Below are positions 20,451 through 30,308 of a stretch of 64,000 nucleotides of DNA, piece by piece. Every line of letters starts with the position of its first letter. Position 1 is the stretch's first letter. The notes under the pieces were generated by a model, which was not told where the DNA came from, did not search any database, and worked only from the letters and a program-made list of their open reading frames with translations. The position numbers and the translations under genes are program-made. The stretch comes from an uncultured Acidobacteriota bacterium (lineage in GTDB: Bacteria; Acidobacteriota; Thermoanaerobaculia; Gp7-AA8): positions 416,001 through 480,000 of the forward strand of contig CAVUKB010000010.1 of assembly GCA_963741955.1 (NCBI GenBank), given 5' to 3'.

Positions 20451-23360
20451 ATGACAGCGATCGAGATCACGGGTTCGGATTCGCGCCCTCGCGGGGAGAA
20501 CTCTCGTCCGCGGGGAAAGAAAGCGGCGAAGGGTGGCGGCATCGAGGTCCCGCGGGTGTTCACGCGCCCCGGGGTGGACGTGTTCGACACCTGCGAATGG
20601 GAGCAGCGGACAGCGGTGATCACCAACGAGCGCGGAGAAGTCGTTTTCGAGCAGCGCGATGTCGAGATGCCGAAGTTCTGGAGCCAGATGGCGACGAACG
20701 TCGTCGTCTCGAAGTACTTCCGGGGGCATCTCGGCACCCCGGAGCGCGAGCGGTCGGTTCGACAGCTGATCGGTCGGGTGGTCCGCTCGATGACCGAATG
20801 GGGGCGCGAAGGCGGCTACTTCGCAACGGAAGCGGACGGTGACTCTTTCCGCGATGAGCTGACGCACATCCTCCTCTACCAGATGGCGTCGTTCAACTCG
20901 CCGGTCTGGTTCAACGTCGGGATCGAAGAAAAGCCGCAGTGCTCGGCGTGTTTCATCAACTCGGTCCGCGACACCATGGATTCGATTCTCTCCCTCGCCA
21001 AGACCGAGGGGATGCTCTTCAAGTACGGATCGGGAACAGGGTCCAACCTGTCGACCATCCGTTCTTCCCGCGAGAGTCTGGCGGGAGGCGGAACGGCCTC
21101 CGGACCGGTCTCCTTCATGAAGGGCTACGACTCGTTCGCCGGCGTGATCAAGTCGGGCGGCAAGACCCGTCGCGCGGCGAAGATGGTGATCCTCAATATC
21201 GACCACCCCGACATCGTCGACTTCATCAACTGCAAGGCACGCGAAGAGAAGAAGGCGTGGGCGCTGATCGAGGCCGGTTTCGAAGGAGCGTTCAACTCCG
21301 TCGGTGGCGCGTACGACTCGGTTCAGTTCCAGAACGCGAACCATTCCGTGCGGGTGACGGACGACTTCATGCGCGCATACGAGAAGGACGGCGACTGGTC
21401 GAGCTGGTCGGTCACCGAGCCGAAACGTCCGATGGACACCTGGAAGGCGCGCTCCCTGATGCGTCAGATCGCCGATTCCGCCTGGATCTGCGGCGACCCG
21501 GGAATGCAGTTCGACACCACAGTGAACGACTGGCACCCCTGCCCGAACACCGCGCGCATCAACGCCTCCAATCCCTGCTCGGAATACATGTTCCTGGACG
21601 ATTCCGCGTGCAATCTCGCCTCGCTGAACCTGATGAAGTTCTACAGCGAGGAGAACGGGTTCGACGTCGAGGCCTACCGGGCAGCGCTCCGCATCGTGAT
21701 CACCGCGCAGGAGATCGCAGTCGACAACGCGAGCTACCCCACCGAAGCGATCGGAAAGAATTCGCATGCGTTCCGTCCGCTCGGGATCGGATACGCGAAC
21801 CTCGGAGCACTTCTGATGGCCCGCGGTCTTCCGTACGACAGTGACGAGGGAAGGGATTACGCAGCCGCGGTCACCGCGATTCTCTCCGGTGAGTCGTATG
21901 CGCAGAGCGCGCGCATCTCAGAGAAGATCGGCCCCTTCGAAGGCTACAAGGTGAACGAAGAGCCGTTCCTCCGGGTGATCGACAAGCACCGGAAGCACGC
22001 CTACACCATCGATCCGCGCAGCGTGCCGGCGGACCTTCTCGCCGCGGCGAGGAACACCTGGGACGAGGCGTACGCACTCGGCGCGAAGCATGGATTCCGC
22101 AATGCCCAGATCTCCGTTCTCGCGCCGACCGGCACCATCGCATTCATGATGGATTGCGACACCACCGGAATCGAGCCCGACATCGCTCTGGTCAAGTACA
22201 AGAAGCTGGTCGGCGGCGGAATGCTCAAGATCGTGAACAACACCGTCCCGACCGCGCTCAAGCGCCTCGGTTACGACCAGAAGCGAATCAATGACATCGT
22301 CCACTACATCGATGAGAACGACACCATCGAGGGTGCGCCGTATCTCGCCGACGAGCATCTGCCGGTCTTCGACTGCGCATTCAAGCCGGCGAACGGAACC
22401 CGTTCCATCCAGTGGATGGGACACCTGAAGATGATGGGCGCGGTTCAGCCTTTCATCTCCGGTGCGATCTCCAAGACCATCAACATGCCGACCGATGCGA
22501 CGGTCGAGGACATCGAGCAGGCGTACTTCGAGGCGTGGCGGCTCGGACTGAAGGCGGTCGCGGTTTACCGTGACGGTTGCAAGCGCTCACAGCCGCTCTC
22601 CACGCGTAAAGAGAAATCCGCCGAAGCCGCCGTCGCCGCGCTCGGCGTCGAGCCGACCGCCGTCCGGCGCAAGCTCCCCGACGAACGCGAATCGATCACC
22701 CACAAATTCTCCGTCGGCGGTCACGAGGGATACATCACCGTCGGAAAATACGAGGACGGAACTCCGGGCGAGATCTTCATCACCATGGCGAAGGAAGGTT
22801 CGACCATCTCCGGCCTGATGGATTCGTTCGCGACCATGACCTCGCTCGCTCTGCAGCATGGCGTTCCGCTACAGCTCCTGGTCGACAAGTTCACCCACAC
22901 CCGGTTCGAGCCCTCGGGCTTCACCAAGAATCCCGAGATCCCGATGGCCAAGTCGATCATGGACTACATCTTCAAGTGGTTGGCCATCAAGTTCCTCTCG
23001 AAGGAGAGCCAGATCAAGGCCGGCGTAATCCAGCGGGATCAGGATCTGCCGGCACCTTCGGAGACTCCGGTGACTGCGGCGGCCGAGACGAGTGCCGTGC
23101 CGACTCCGAAAGCCGACGTGGTCGAGCTCTCGAAGGAAGACCGGAAGTTCGTCGACGAGCTCAAGACCGCTCCGGTGGTCGAGCCTCCGATCGTGGTGAT
23201 GTCTCCGCCGCGCTCGGCCGACCATCCACGGCCGAAGCAGCCATCGACGTTCCTCTATCAACAGGACGCGCCGAGCTGCAGCGACTGCGGCGCGATCATG
23301 GTGCGCAACGGCGCCTGTTACAAGTGCCTGAACTGCGGTTCGACGAGCGGCTGCTCGTAG
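20451..23360 (+). CDS. nrdJ: Vitamin B12-dependent (class II) ribonucleotide reductase
   Basis: Motifs FNSPVWFN, QCSACFI, NASNPCSE, APTGTI and AISKTIN; TSCPD-type domain; C-terminal CxxC...CLNCGSTSGCS. Confidence 0.95.
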   Translation: MTAIEITGSDSRPRGENSRPRGKKAAKGGGIEVPRVFTRPGVDVFDTCEWEQRTAVITNERGEVVFEQRDVEMPKFWSQMATNVVVSKYFRGHLGTPERERSVRQLIGRVVRSMTEWGREGGYFATEADGDSFRDELTHILLYQMASFNSPVWFNVGIEEKPQCSACFINSVRDTMDSILSLAKTEGMLFKYGSGTGSNLSTIRSSRESLAGGGTASGPVSFMKGYDSFAGVIKSGGKTRRAAKMVILNIDHPDIVDFINCKAREEKKAWALIEAGFEGAFNSVGGAYDSVQFQNANHSVRVTDDFMRAYEKDGDWSSWSVTEPKRPMDTWKARSLMRQIADSAWICGDPGMQFDTTVNDWHPCPNTARINASNPCSEYMFLDDSACNLASLNLMKFYSEENGFDVEAYRAALRIVITAQEIAVDNASYPTEAIGKNSHAFRPLGIGYANLGALLMARGLPYDSDEGRDYAAAVTAILSGESYAQSARISEKIGPFEGYKVNEEPFLRVIDKHRKHAYTIDPRSVPADLLAAARNTWDEAYALGAKHGFRNAQISVLAPTGTIAFMMDCDTTGIEPDIALVKYKKLVGGGMLKIVNNTVPTALKRLGYDQKRINDIVHYIDENDTIEGAPYLADEHLPVFDCAFKPANGTRSIQWMGHLKMMGAVQPFISGAISKTINMPTDATVEDIEQAYFEAWRLGLKAVAVYRDGCKRSQPLSTRKEKSAEAAVAALGVEPTAVRRKLPDERESITHKFSVGGHEGYITVGKYEDGTPGEIFITMAKEGSTISGLMDSFATMTSLALQHGVPLQLLVDKFTHTRFEPSGFTKNPEIPMAKSIMDYIFKWLAIKFLSKESQIKAGVIQRDQDLPAPSETPVTAAAETSAVPTPKADVVELSKEDRKFVDELKTAPVVEPPIVVMSPPRSADHPRPKQPSTFLYQQDAPSCSDCGAIMVRNGACYKCLNCGSTSGCS

Positions 23361-23375
23361 GAACGTGCGGAACTC

Positions 23376-23410
23376 GGTGCACGGTCCGTCGTCGCGGCGG
23401 ACCGTGCACC
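23376..23410 (+). terminator. Stem-loop after nrdJ
   Basis: GGTGCACGGTCCG / CGGACCGTGCACC perfect 13-bp stem, no clear U-tract. Confidence 0.5.
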
Positions 23411-23478
23411 ACCCAGACCTGACGAAACACGGGCGTGCCGGGAGAGTGGACACGAACCACGAACGGAGGGATCTCATC

Positions 23479-23697
23479 ATGGAATGCCGCTGCCCCGCCT
23501 GTGACGCCGTTCTTCTCTGGACCGACCCCATCACCGAAACCTCCTGGATCACCTGCCACGCCTGCGATCGCGGATTCCGTCCCTCCGACGCGCGTTGCGT
23601 CGACTGCGCCGCGCCGTTCGGAAAAACCGACTGGAACCGGCACCGCTGCACGATCGAGTCGAATCTCGGCCTGCACCTCGTCGCGCACGGCGCCTGA
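23479..23697 (+). CDS. Small Cys-rich (zinc-ribbon-like) protein, 72 aa
   Basis: GGAGGG RBS; three CxxC motifs (CPAC, CHAC, CVDC) plus HRC. Confidence 0.6.
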   Translation: MECRCPACDAVLLWTDPITETSWITCHACDRGFRPSDARCVDCAAPFGKTDWNRHRCTIESNLGLHLVAHGA

Positions 23698-23748
23698 CCC
23701 CGGTTCGGTTGATCGGAGGGAGCCCAGGACCTCCGTCCCGGGCTATTG

Positions 23749-23829
23749 TCAAACGCCCCTCCGGGGCTGGCCCGATCCCCGATCCTCGATCCGCGAGGAC
23801 CTGGGATGGTTCAAACGCCCCTCCGGGGC
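23749..23829. repeat. Two REP-like palindromes TCAAACGCCCCTCCGGGGC
   Basis: Direct copies at 23749 and 23811. The GCCCC-nnn-GGGGC hairpin resembles the tnpA-associated repeats at 53-64 kb. Confidence 0.6.
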
Positions 23830-23850
23830 CGTCCCCGACCGCCGACCGCC

Positions 23851-24184
23851 GACCCCCGATCCCCGATCCTCGATCCTCGATCCTCGATCCCCGATCCTCG
23901 ATCCTCGATCCTCGATCCCCGATCCTCGATCCTCGATCCTCGATCACCGATCCTCGATCACCGATCCTCGATCCTCGATCCTCGATCCCCGATCCCCGAT
24001 CCTCGATCCTCGATCCCCGATCCTCGATCCTCGATCCTCGATCCTCGATCCTCGATCCCCGATCCTCGATCCTCGATCCCCGATCCTCGATCCCCGATCC
24101 TCGATCCTCGATCCCCGATCCTCGATCCCCGATCCCCGATCCCCGATCCCCGATCCCCGATCCTCGATCCTCGATCCTCGATCA
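23851..24184. repeat. Long heptamer tandem repeat (GATCCTC / GATCCCC / GATCACC)n, ~47 units
   Basis: Visible directly. Confidence 0.95.
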
Positions 24185-24311
24185 TAGATGCCTTACAGCC
24201 GCCCTTGCCACACCCGTAGCTTCCCTGATTCAATCGGGCTCGCAGTTCGCATGACTCGAGGGCTGATTCGTTCAGACGTGCGGGAACGTCCGAACGTGGA
24301 AGGGAGGAACG

Positions 24312-26486
24312 ATGTCATTCCTGTTCAAAGGCATCCTGCTCGTGGCGACGGCGTTCTCGTTCGGAACTGCAGACGTGCCCCCCGGCACGGCCGGACGATC
24401 CGGACAGACGGCGCAAGCCTCTGTCGCCACGCCGCAACATCCGGTTCGCGGAAGGGCAGTGACGGCTCCTTCCCTGTCGTTCTCACCCGGTCAGCTCGAG
24501 GCGTACCTCGACCAGCAGCAGATCGCGTACATCCGGCCGGGCCTCGACATCACCATCAACTCCGTGACGGTCGGCTCAGACGGGAAGCCGGTGGTCGATC
24601 TGACCATTGCCGACAGCCTCGGAAATGCGCTGGACCGGCAGGGTGCGATCACTCCCGGGCCGGTGTCGGTGAGCTTCATCCTCTCGAAATACGTGGAGTC
24701 GACCGAACAGCCTGGAGAGGGTGACTATCACGCCGTCACCACCCGGAGCGTCACCACTCCCGCCTCCAGTCCCCACCCGGGCGTCACGGTGACGCAGCCC
24801 TCGACGGATTCGGGCGGCACGTGGACCGAGCTCGAGATGGGCCACTACGTCTACAAGTTCAAGACTCCGCTCCCCGATGGATTCGATCCGAATCAGACGT
24901 TCACCGTCGGGCTCTACGCCACCCGCGATCTGATGGACATCCTCGGGAAGAACTACTACGACAACGAGGAGTACGACTTCCATCCGAACGGGACTCCGGT
25001 CACCGGGCATTGGGACGAGCTGAGAACCTCGGCGTGCAACCAGTGCCACGATCCTCTCGCCGCGCATGGTGGATCACGGCAGGACGTGAAGCTCTGCGTG
25101 CTCTGCCACACTTCCGACAACGTCGATCCCGACAGCGGGAACTCGGTCGATTTCAAGGTGATGATCCACAAGATTCACGCCGGAGAGAATCTCCCCAGCG
25201 TGCAGGCCGGTACTCCCTACCAGATCATCGGATTTCAGCAGTCGGTACACGATTTTTCGACCGTGGCCTTTCCGCAGGATCTGCGGAACTGCAGCACGTG
25301 CCATCAGGGGCACGATCCGAAAGACGTTCCGACCCAGTCCCAGGTCTGGTATACGGAGCCGTCGCGGGCTGCGTGTGGCGCGTGTCACGACGACATCAAC
25401 TGGTCCACCGGAGCGAACCACCCCGGCGGAGCGCAGATGAACGACGAGGCGTGTTCCCGCTGCCACATCCCCGACAGCGGAGAGGAGTACGACGCATCGA
25501 TCATCGGGGCGCATACCGTTCCGGAAGAATCATCACAGTTGAAGGGATTGAATGCGGCGATCGTCAGTGTGTCCAATGCCGCACCGGGGCAGAATCCGAC
25601 CGTGGTCTTCAAGCTCACGAATGATGCGGGTGAGCCGATCGACGGGACGAAGCTCGACACCTTCGCTCCGATTCTCGGAGGACCGTCGAAGAGCTACGAC
25701 TACGCATGGCGTGAGAACGGACTGAAGTCCGCCGTCTACGACTCCGCGAACGGAACCACCACGTACACCTTCCAGCACGCGCTTCCCGCGGACGCGACCG
25801 GAACATGGACCATCAGCGGCGACTTCTATCGCTTCGTCGATCTGCAGGAAGCGGACGGCGATCCTCCGATCCGATTCCGCGAAGCGGCGTTCAATCCGAT
25901 CAAGTACGTGGCGGTGACGGGGACAGACATCCACCCGCGCCGGATGATCGTCTCCACCGACCAGTGCAACTCGTGTCACGAACATCTCGCACTTCACGGC
26001 GGACAACGGAAGAACGTGATGGAGTGCGTGATCTGCCACAACCCGAATGCGACGGACGAATCACAGAGGCCGGCGGATCAGAATCCTCCGGAATCGATCT
26101 CGTTCCAGCATCTGATTCACCGCATCCACAGTGGGGAGAATCTCACCCGGGACTTCACCATCTTCGGGTTCAATGGAAGCAGGAACAACTTCAATGAAGT
26201 ACGTTTTCCGGGAGACCGCCGCGACTGCGCGAAGTGTCACCTCGACGAGACGTATACTCTGCCGCTCTCGCCGGACGCAGAACCGGTCACCACGCCTCGA
26301 GACTTTTTCAGTCCCGAAGGTCCGGCGACCGCAGCGTGTCTCGGCTGTCACGACAGCCAGGATGCGGCTGCCCACGCATTCCTCAACACCACCGACTTCG
26401 GCTCGGGCGATCGAGTGGCCGAGGCGTGCGCGGTCTGTCATGGTCAGGGCGCCGACTGGGCGGTGTCGAAGGTGCATGCCCGATAG
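24312..26486 (+). CDS. Decaheme c-type cytochrome, OmcA/MtrC family
   Basis: Ten CxxCH motifs in two groups of five (CNQCH, CVLCH, CSTCH, CGACH, CSRCH; CNSCH, CVICH, CAKCH, CLGCH, CAVCH). Also MIHKIH and LIHRIH motifs and a signal peptide. Confidence 0.88.
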   Translation: MSFLFKGILLVATAFSFGTADVPPGTAGRSGQTAQASVATPQHPVRGRAVTAPSLSFSPGQLEAYLDQQQIAYIRPGLDITINSVTVGSDGKPVVDLTIADSLGNALDRQGAITPGPVSVSFILSKYVESTEQPGEGDYHAVTTRSVTTPASSPHPGVTVTQPSTDSGGTWTELEMGHYVYKFKTPLPDGFDPNQTFTVGLYATRDLMDILGKNYYDNEEYDFHPNGTPVTGHWDELRTSACNQCHDPLAAHGGSRQDVKLCVLCHTSDNVDPDSGNSVDFKVMIHKIHAGENLPSVQAGTPYQIIGFQQSVHDFSTVAFPQDLRNCSTCHQGHDPKDVPTQSQVWYTEPSRAACGACHDDINWSTGANHPGGAQMNDEACSRCHIPDSGEEYDASIIGAHTVPEESSQLKGLNAAIVSVSNAAPGQNPTVVFKLTNDAGEPIDGTKLDTFAPILGGPSKSYDYAWRENGLKSAVYDSANGTTTYTFQHALPADATGTWTISGDFYRFVDLQEADGDPPIRFREAAFNPIKYVAVTGTDIHPRRMIVSTDQCNSCHEHLALHGGQRKNVMECVICHNPNATDESQRPADQNPPESISFQHLIHRIHSGENLTRDFTIFGFNGSRNNFNEVRFPGDRRDCAKCHLDETYTLPLSPDAEPVTTPRDFFSPEGPATAACLGCHDSQDAAAHAFLNTTDFGSGDRVAEACAVCHGQGADWAVSKVHAR

Positions 26487-26524
26487 AGGAGGGATGACGC
26501 GCAAGAGAGAGGCCGCGCCGGTTG

Positions 26525-28513
26525 TCAATGGCGCTCAGAGGAGTCCCGCGCAGCCAGTCTCGCGATGGTCGAGATGAGGTCCGCGGTGGCGACCGGCTTC
26601 GCGAGGAACTCGTCGAATCCGGAGTCGAGCGCCTTCTGTCGCGCTTCGGCCCCGGCGTAGGCGGTGACCGCGATGGCAGGAACGACGCTTCCGGCTTCCT
26701 TGCGGACGCTGCGGAGAAGTTCGTGTCCGTCCCCTCCCGGGAGAGCGATATCGCTCACGATGATCCGAGGCGTGCTGGAGCGGAAGAGTGAGAGCGCGTC
26801 GTCGGCCCGACCTGCGGTCGTGACTTCCGCTCCTGCGTTCTCGAGAGCGATCCGGAAGATGCCGCAGGTATCGGAATCGTCTTCGACCAGCAGCACGTTC
26901 ACTCCGTGAAGCGTCATCGCAGGCGAGCCCTCCCGGTTCGGATCGAGCGACGGGTTCCTCCGGTCTCCGGACCGTTGTCGCTCTTCCGGAACCCGGACTG
27001 TGATGGTGGTTCCCTTTCCGGAGCCTTCGCTGAACGCCTGAACGCTGCCCTGGTGCTGGTCGACGATTCCCTTGACGATGGCCAACCCGAGCCCGAGTCC
27101 TCCGTGCTCGCGCGTGGATGAGACGTCTTCCTGTCGGAATCGCTCGAAGACGAACGGGAGGAAATCGGGAGCGATACCCCGTCCGGAATCGGTCACCTTC
27201 AGCACCGCTTCGTCACTGTCACGATGGAGAGCGATGTCGATCTGCCCGCCGGCGGGCGTGAACTTCAGTGCATTCGAAACGAGATTCGTCAGGAGTTGGC
27301 GAAAGCGAAGAGCGTCGCCGGAGATCATGATTCCAGGTTCGACGTCGTCAGTCAGTGCGATCTCCTTCTGGAGCGCCATCGGCCGCATCGAGCTGGCCGC
27401 ATCCTGGATGGCGACGGAGAGATCGAACTCTTTTCGGTCCACTTCCAGATTCCCGCGCACGATCCGTGAGACGTCGAGCAGGTCGTCGATCATCTTGTTC
27501 TGGGCCCTGACACTCCCGGCGATCGCTTCGAGTGCGGACTTCCGGGTCGTCTCGTCATCCGAGACCTCCATCATCCCGGTCCAGCCGAGAATCACGGTGA
27601 GGGGAGTCCGCAACTCGTGTGAGAGGGTCGCCAGGAATTCGTCTTTGGCATCGTTCGCCCGGCGCAGCTCGGCTTCGATCTGTTTGAGAGAAGTGATGTC
27701 GTGGAGTACGACTACGGCGACCTCCGGGTGTCCGTAGAGGGGAGGAAAGACCTCTCCGTGGAGTTGCAGGATTCGCCGCTCGCCCCCGGCATTCCATTCC
27801 GTCTGCATCATTCCGAGCGATTCATGCCTGGAGATCCGCTCGAGTACCTCATTCGGGACGAGGCTCTGCGGCTGGGACGTGATTCTTGCCGCGGCGCGGT
27901 TGGCGAAGAGGATCCGCCGCTGCTCGGGAGCGATGATGAGAATGGGCGATGGAGCGAGATCGAAGACCGCTTCGAGCCATCGTTCCTGGCTGCGGATCGC
28001 TTCCGCGGCGCGCCGTTCGCTCTCGACCAGTGCGAGTTGCGATTCCTCCTGTTTTCTGCGGACCGCGTCGAGCTCCATCTCGTGCAGCCGCGCATTGCGA
28101 AGCGCGAGCGCGGCCTGGTCGGCGAGCGCGTCCAGCATCTGCGACTCTTCTTCGTCAGGAGGATGATCGCGGACCGCAAGGACGATCCCGTGGATCGTCT
28201 CTTCACTCACGATCGGCACTGCCATCACCCCGGCCCCGGGCGGGAGTTGCAGGCGCCTTCGTACCTCATCGATCACTCGCTCGTCGATTGGCTCCGACAG
28301 ATCGGAAAAGAGAGAGAGATCGACGCCGCTCGCCGCTCTTACCCGCAGTTCCCGGCTTTCACTATCCAGGAGCACCAGCGTTGCGTCGGCGGAGAGGAGA
28401 GACCGCGCGCTCTCTGCAATGGCCTGGAGGACGTCCGAAAAATCGAGACTTCCGGCGAGGGCGCGATTGATCACGGCCCACTGACGCCACATTCTGTCTC
28501 GAGCTGCTTTCAT
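26525..28513 (-). CDS. Hybrid sensor histidine kinase (GAF-PAS-HisKA-HATPase-REC)
   Basis: Motifs LSHELRTPL, NALKFT, GGLGLGL and a C-terminal REC domain (SDIALP, LAKP). Confidence 0.9.
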   Translation of the reverse strand: MKAARDRMWRQWAVINRALAGSLDFSDVLQAIAESARSLLSADATLVLLDSESRELRVRAASGVDLSLFSDLSEPIDERVIDEVRRRLQLPPGAGVMAVPIVSEETIHGIVLAVRDHPPDEEESQMLDALADQAALALRNARLHEMELDAVRRKQEESQLALVESERRAAEAIRSQERWLEAVFDLAPSPILIIAPEQRRILFANRAAARITSQPQSLVPNEVLERISRHESLGMMQTEWNAGGERRILQLHGEVFPPLYGHPEVAVVVLHDITSLKQIEAELRRANDAKDEFLATLSHELRTPLTVILGWTGMMEVSDDETTRKSALEAIAGSVRAQNKMIDDLLDVSRIVRGNLEVDRKEFDLSVAIQDAASSMRPMALQKEIALTDDVEPGIMISGDALRFRQLLTNLVSNALKFTPAGGQIDIALHRDSDEAVLKVTDSGRGIAPDFLPFVFERFRQEDVSSTREHGGLGLGLAIVKGIVDQHQGSVQAFSEGSGKGTTITVRVPEERQRSGDRRNPSLDPNREGSPAMTLHGVNVLLVEDDSDTCGIFRIALENAGAEVTTAGRADDALSLFRSSTPRIIVSDIALPGGDGHELLRSVRKEAGSVVPAIAVTAYAGAEARQKALDSGFDEFLAKPVATADLISTIARLAARDSSERH

Positions 28514-29907
28514 GATTCCTGCGGCTGCGTATCGATCTCCATTCCCGAGGACGAGATCTCGAATCTTCTTTCGACGGGATCGTGGCCGCTGTTACGTGTC
28601 TTCAGGATTCGAATCCAACGCTGCATCTCCCGGTCGGCTTTGAACCGTAGCGTGAGAATGTTGTCGCTCATGTTCGAGACCTCGTCGCCGGTGACCTGCT
28701 GGAGGAGGAGAGCGGTGGGAACTTCGACCGTGATCAGCGTCGTAACCTCTTCCACGGCGAACCACTGTGTCAGGGAATAGAGATATTCGATCAGCCGCTG
28801 GGGGTCGTAGCTTCGGTGACGGAGGTCGCCCAGCGCGTCGATCACCAGACGGCGGATCTTCTGCTGGCGGACCCGCTGAAACAGCTCGACCACCACACTG
28901 TCGATCTGCATCTCGACCGGAGAACGGTACATGTGCTCCATGTTTCCGCTGGAGAGGAGAGCTTCGTCATCCCACCCGAAGTTGCGGAGGGTGGCGCGGA
29001 ACTGCACCGGATTTTCCTGAAACCCGAGATACAGCGTCTTCTCTCCTGCGAGCGCTCCGGTGATTGCGAAGCGCAACGCGAGTGCGGTCTTTCCGACTCC
29101 GGTCGGTCCCGCCACGAGAGAGGTGCTCCCTCGCAGGAATCCACCGTCGAGCATCGTATCCAGTCGGGGCACTCCGCTCTTCGCCCGTTCGAGACTCGGC
29201 GAGTAATCGGGGAAGTTCGCCGGAGTCCGCAGCCGCGGATAGACGTGGAGACCGTCAGCGTGAATGCCGAATGCGTGCATTCCCTCCAGCGAATCCGATC
29301 CGCGAAGCTTCTCCACTCGGAGAAACCGCTGCTCGCGCATGCCGCTGTGGACCTTCGACAGCTGGATGATTCCATCCGCGATGGCGAACTCCGGAAGCTC
29401 GGTCAGAGACTCCGGCGCGTATTCGCCGACCAGAATCGTCGTGCAGTCGAGCGAAGCGAGTACCGTCGCGAGCTCGAATACGATCTGTCGCCGATCTTCG
29501 GGGTGGAGACCGGGGCGGTTCAGAGCCTTGAATGAGTCGATGATCAGAACGCGAGGCTTGTGTTGCGCGGTCATTTCCGTCACCGTCTCGACCAGTGTCG
29601 AGAGTCCGGAGCTCTCGTTCACCAGCAGCCCCAGGTCCTCGTAGAAGACGGAGCGTCCGACCATATCGGGATCGAAAAACTCGTATGCACGTCCATGCAG
29701 GACGAACTTCTCCAGCGGTTCCGAAAACGTGGTCAGGTACAGGACCCGCTCCCCACGGCTTCCGTGAAAGAACGCAATCTGCTCGGCGAGGATGGTCTTG
29801 CCGGTGCCCGGCGCGCCCATCAGCACGTTCACGGAATGCCGAAGGAGACCTCCGCAGAGGATCTCGTCCAGCTCTTCGATCGAGGTGCTCAACCGGTCGA
29901 CCATCAT
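28510..29907 (-). CDS. KaiC-like double-domain RecA-type ATPase
   Basis: Two Walker A motifs (GAPGTGKT, GPTGVGKT), plus EKLRG, VYPR and ILKTRNSGHD. Confidence 0.9.
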   Translation of the reverse strand: MMVDRLSTSIEELDEILCGGLLRHSVNVLMGAPGTGKTILAEQIAFFHGSRGERVLYLTTFSEPLEKFVLHGRAYEFFDPDMVGRSVFYEDLGLLVNESSGLSTLVETVTEMTAQHKPRVLIIDSFKALNRPGLHPEDRRQIVFELATVLASLDCTTILVGEYAPESLTELPEFAIADGIIQLSKVHSGMREQRFLRVEKLRGSDSLEGMHAFGIHADGLHVYPRLRTPANFPDYSPSLERAKSGVPRLDTMLDGGFLRGSTSLVAGPTGVGKTALALRFAITGALAGEKTLYLGFQENPVQFRATLRNFGWDDEALLSSGNMEHMYRSPVEMQIDSVVVELFQRVRQQKIRRLVIDALGDLRHRSYDPQRLIEYLYSLTQWFAVEEVTTLITVEVPTALLLQQVTGDEVSNMSDNILTLRFKADREMQRWIRILKTRNSGHDPVERRFEISSSGMEIDTQPQES

Positions 29908-30308
29908 CCGTTCGTCAATCCCTTCTCCCGCAACAGCAGCGAGACCTTTTCGATCAGTACGTCCGGGTCGAATGGTTTGAGGAGGAATGCATCTGCTCCT
30001 GCTTCGAGCGCTCTCTTCGCCGCTTCGAGATGACTGATCAGAATGATCGCGACGGAGTTGCTCTGGCGATCGATCCTGATCGCGCGGCAGAGACTGAAGC
30101 CGTCCAGCCGTGGCACGAGGACCTCGCTCACCAGAAGATGCGGCCGGAGCTCGCGTGCGAGCGCGAGCGCGGAGATGCCGTCGCTCGCGAACTCGACTTC
30201 GAACCCTGCGTTCTCGAGGAGGTAACGCTCGAGTCGCTGAACCGCAGGGTTTCGCTCGACCACCAGAATCAGAGCGTGACCCGTACCAGACTCTGTGCGC
30301 TCAGCCAT
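29904..30308 (-). CDS. Single-domain response regulator with atypical acidic pocket
   Basis: ILVVERN..., LVSEVLVPRLDG (Glu at the usual phospho-Asp position), FLLKPF. Confidence 0.8.
   Translation of the reverse strand: MAERTESGTGHALILVVERNPAVQRLERYLLENAGFEVEFASDGISALALARELRPHLLVSEVLVPRLDGFSLCRAIRIDRQSNSVAIILISHLEAAKRALEAGADAFLLKPFDPDVLIEKVSLLLREKGLTNG

Noticed and set aside
20451-23360. Intein in NrdJ
   Set aside because: No intein terminal motifs or LAGLIDADG block, and the extra length is explained by the TSCPD domain and a Pro/Ala linker.
23435-24254. ORFs with (SSILDPR)n or (IEDRGSR)n repeats
   Set aside because: A 7-bp repeat yields the same peptide in all three frames, so these are artefacts.
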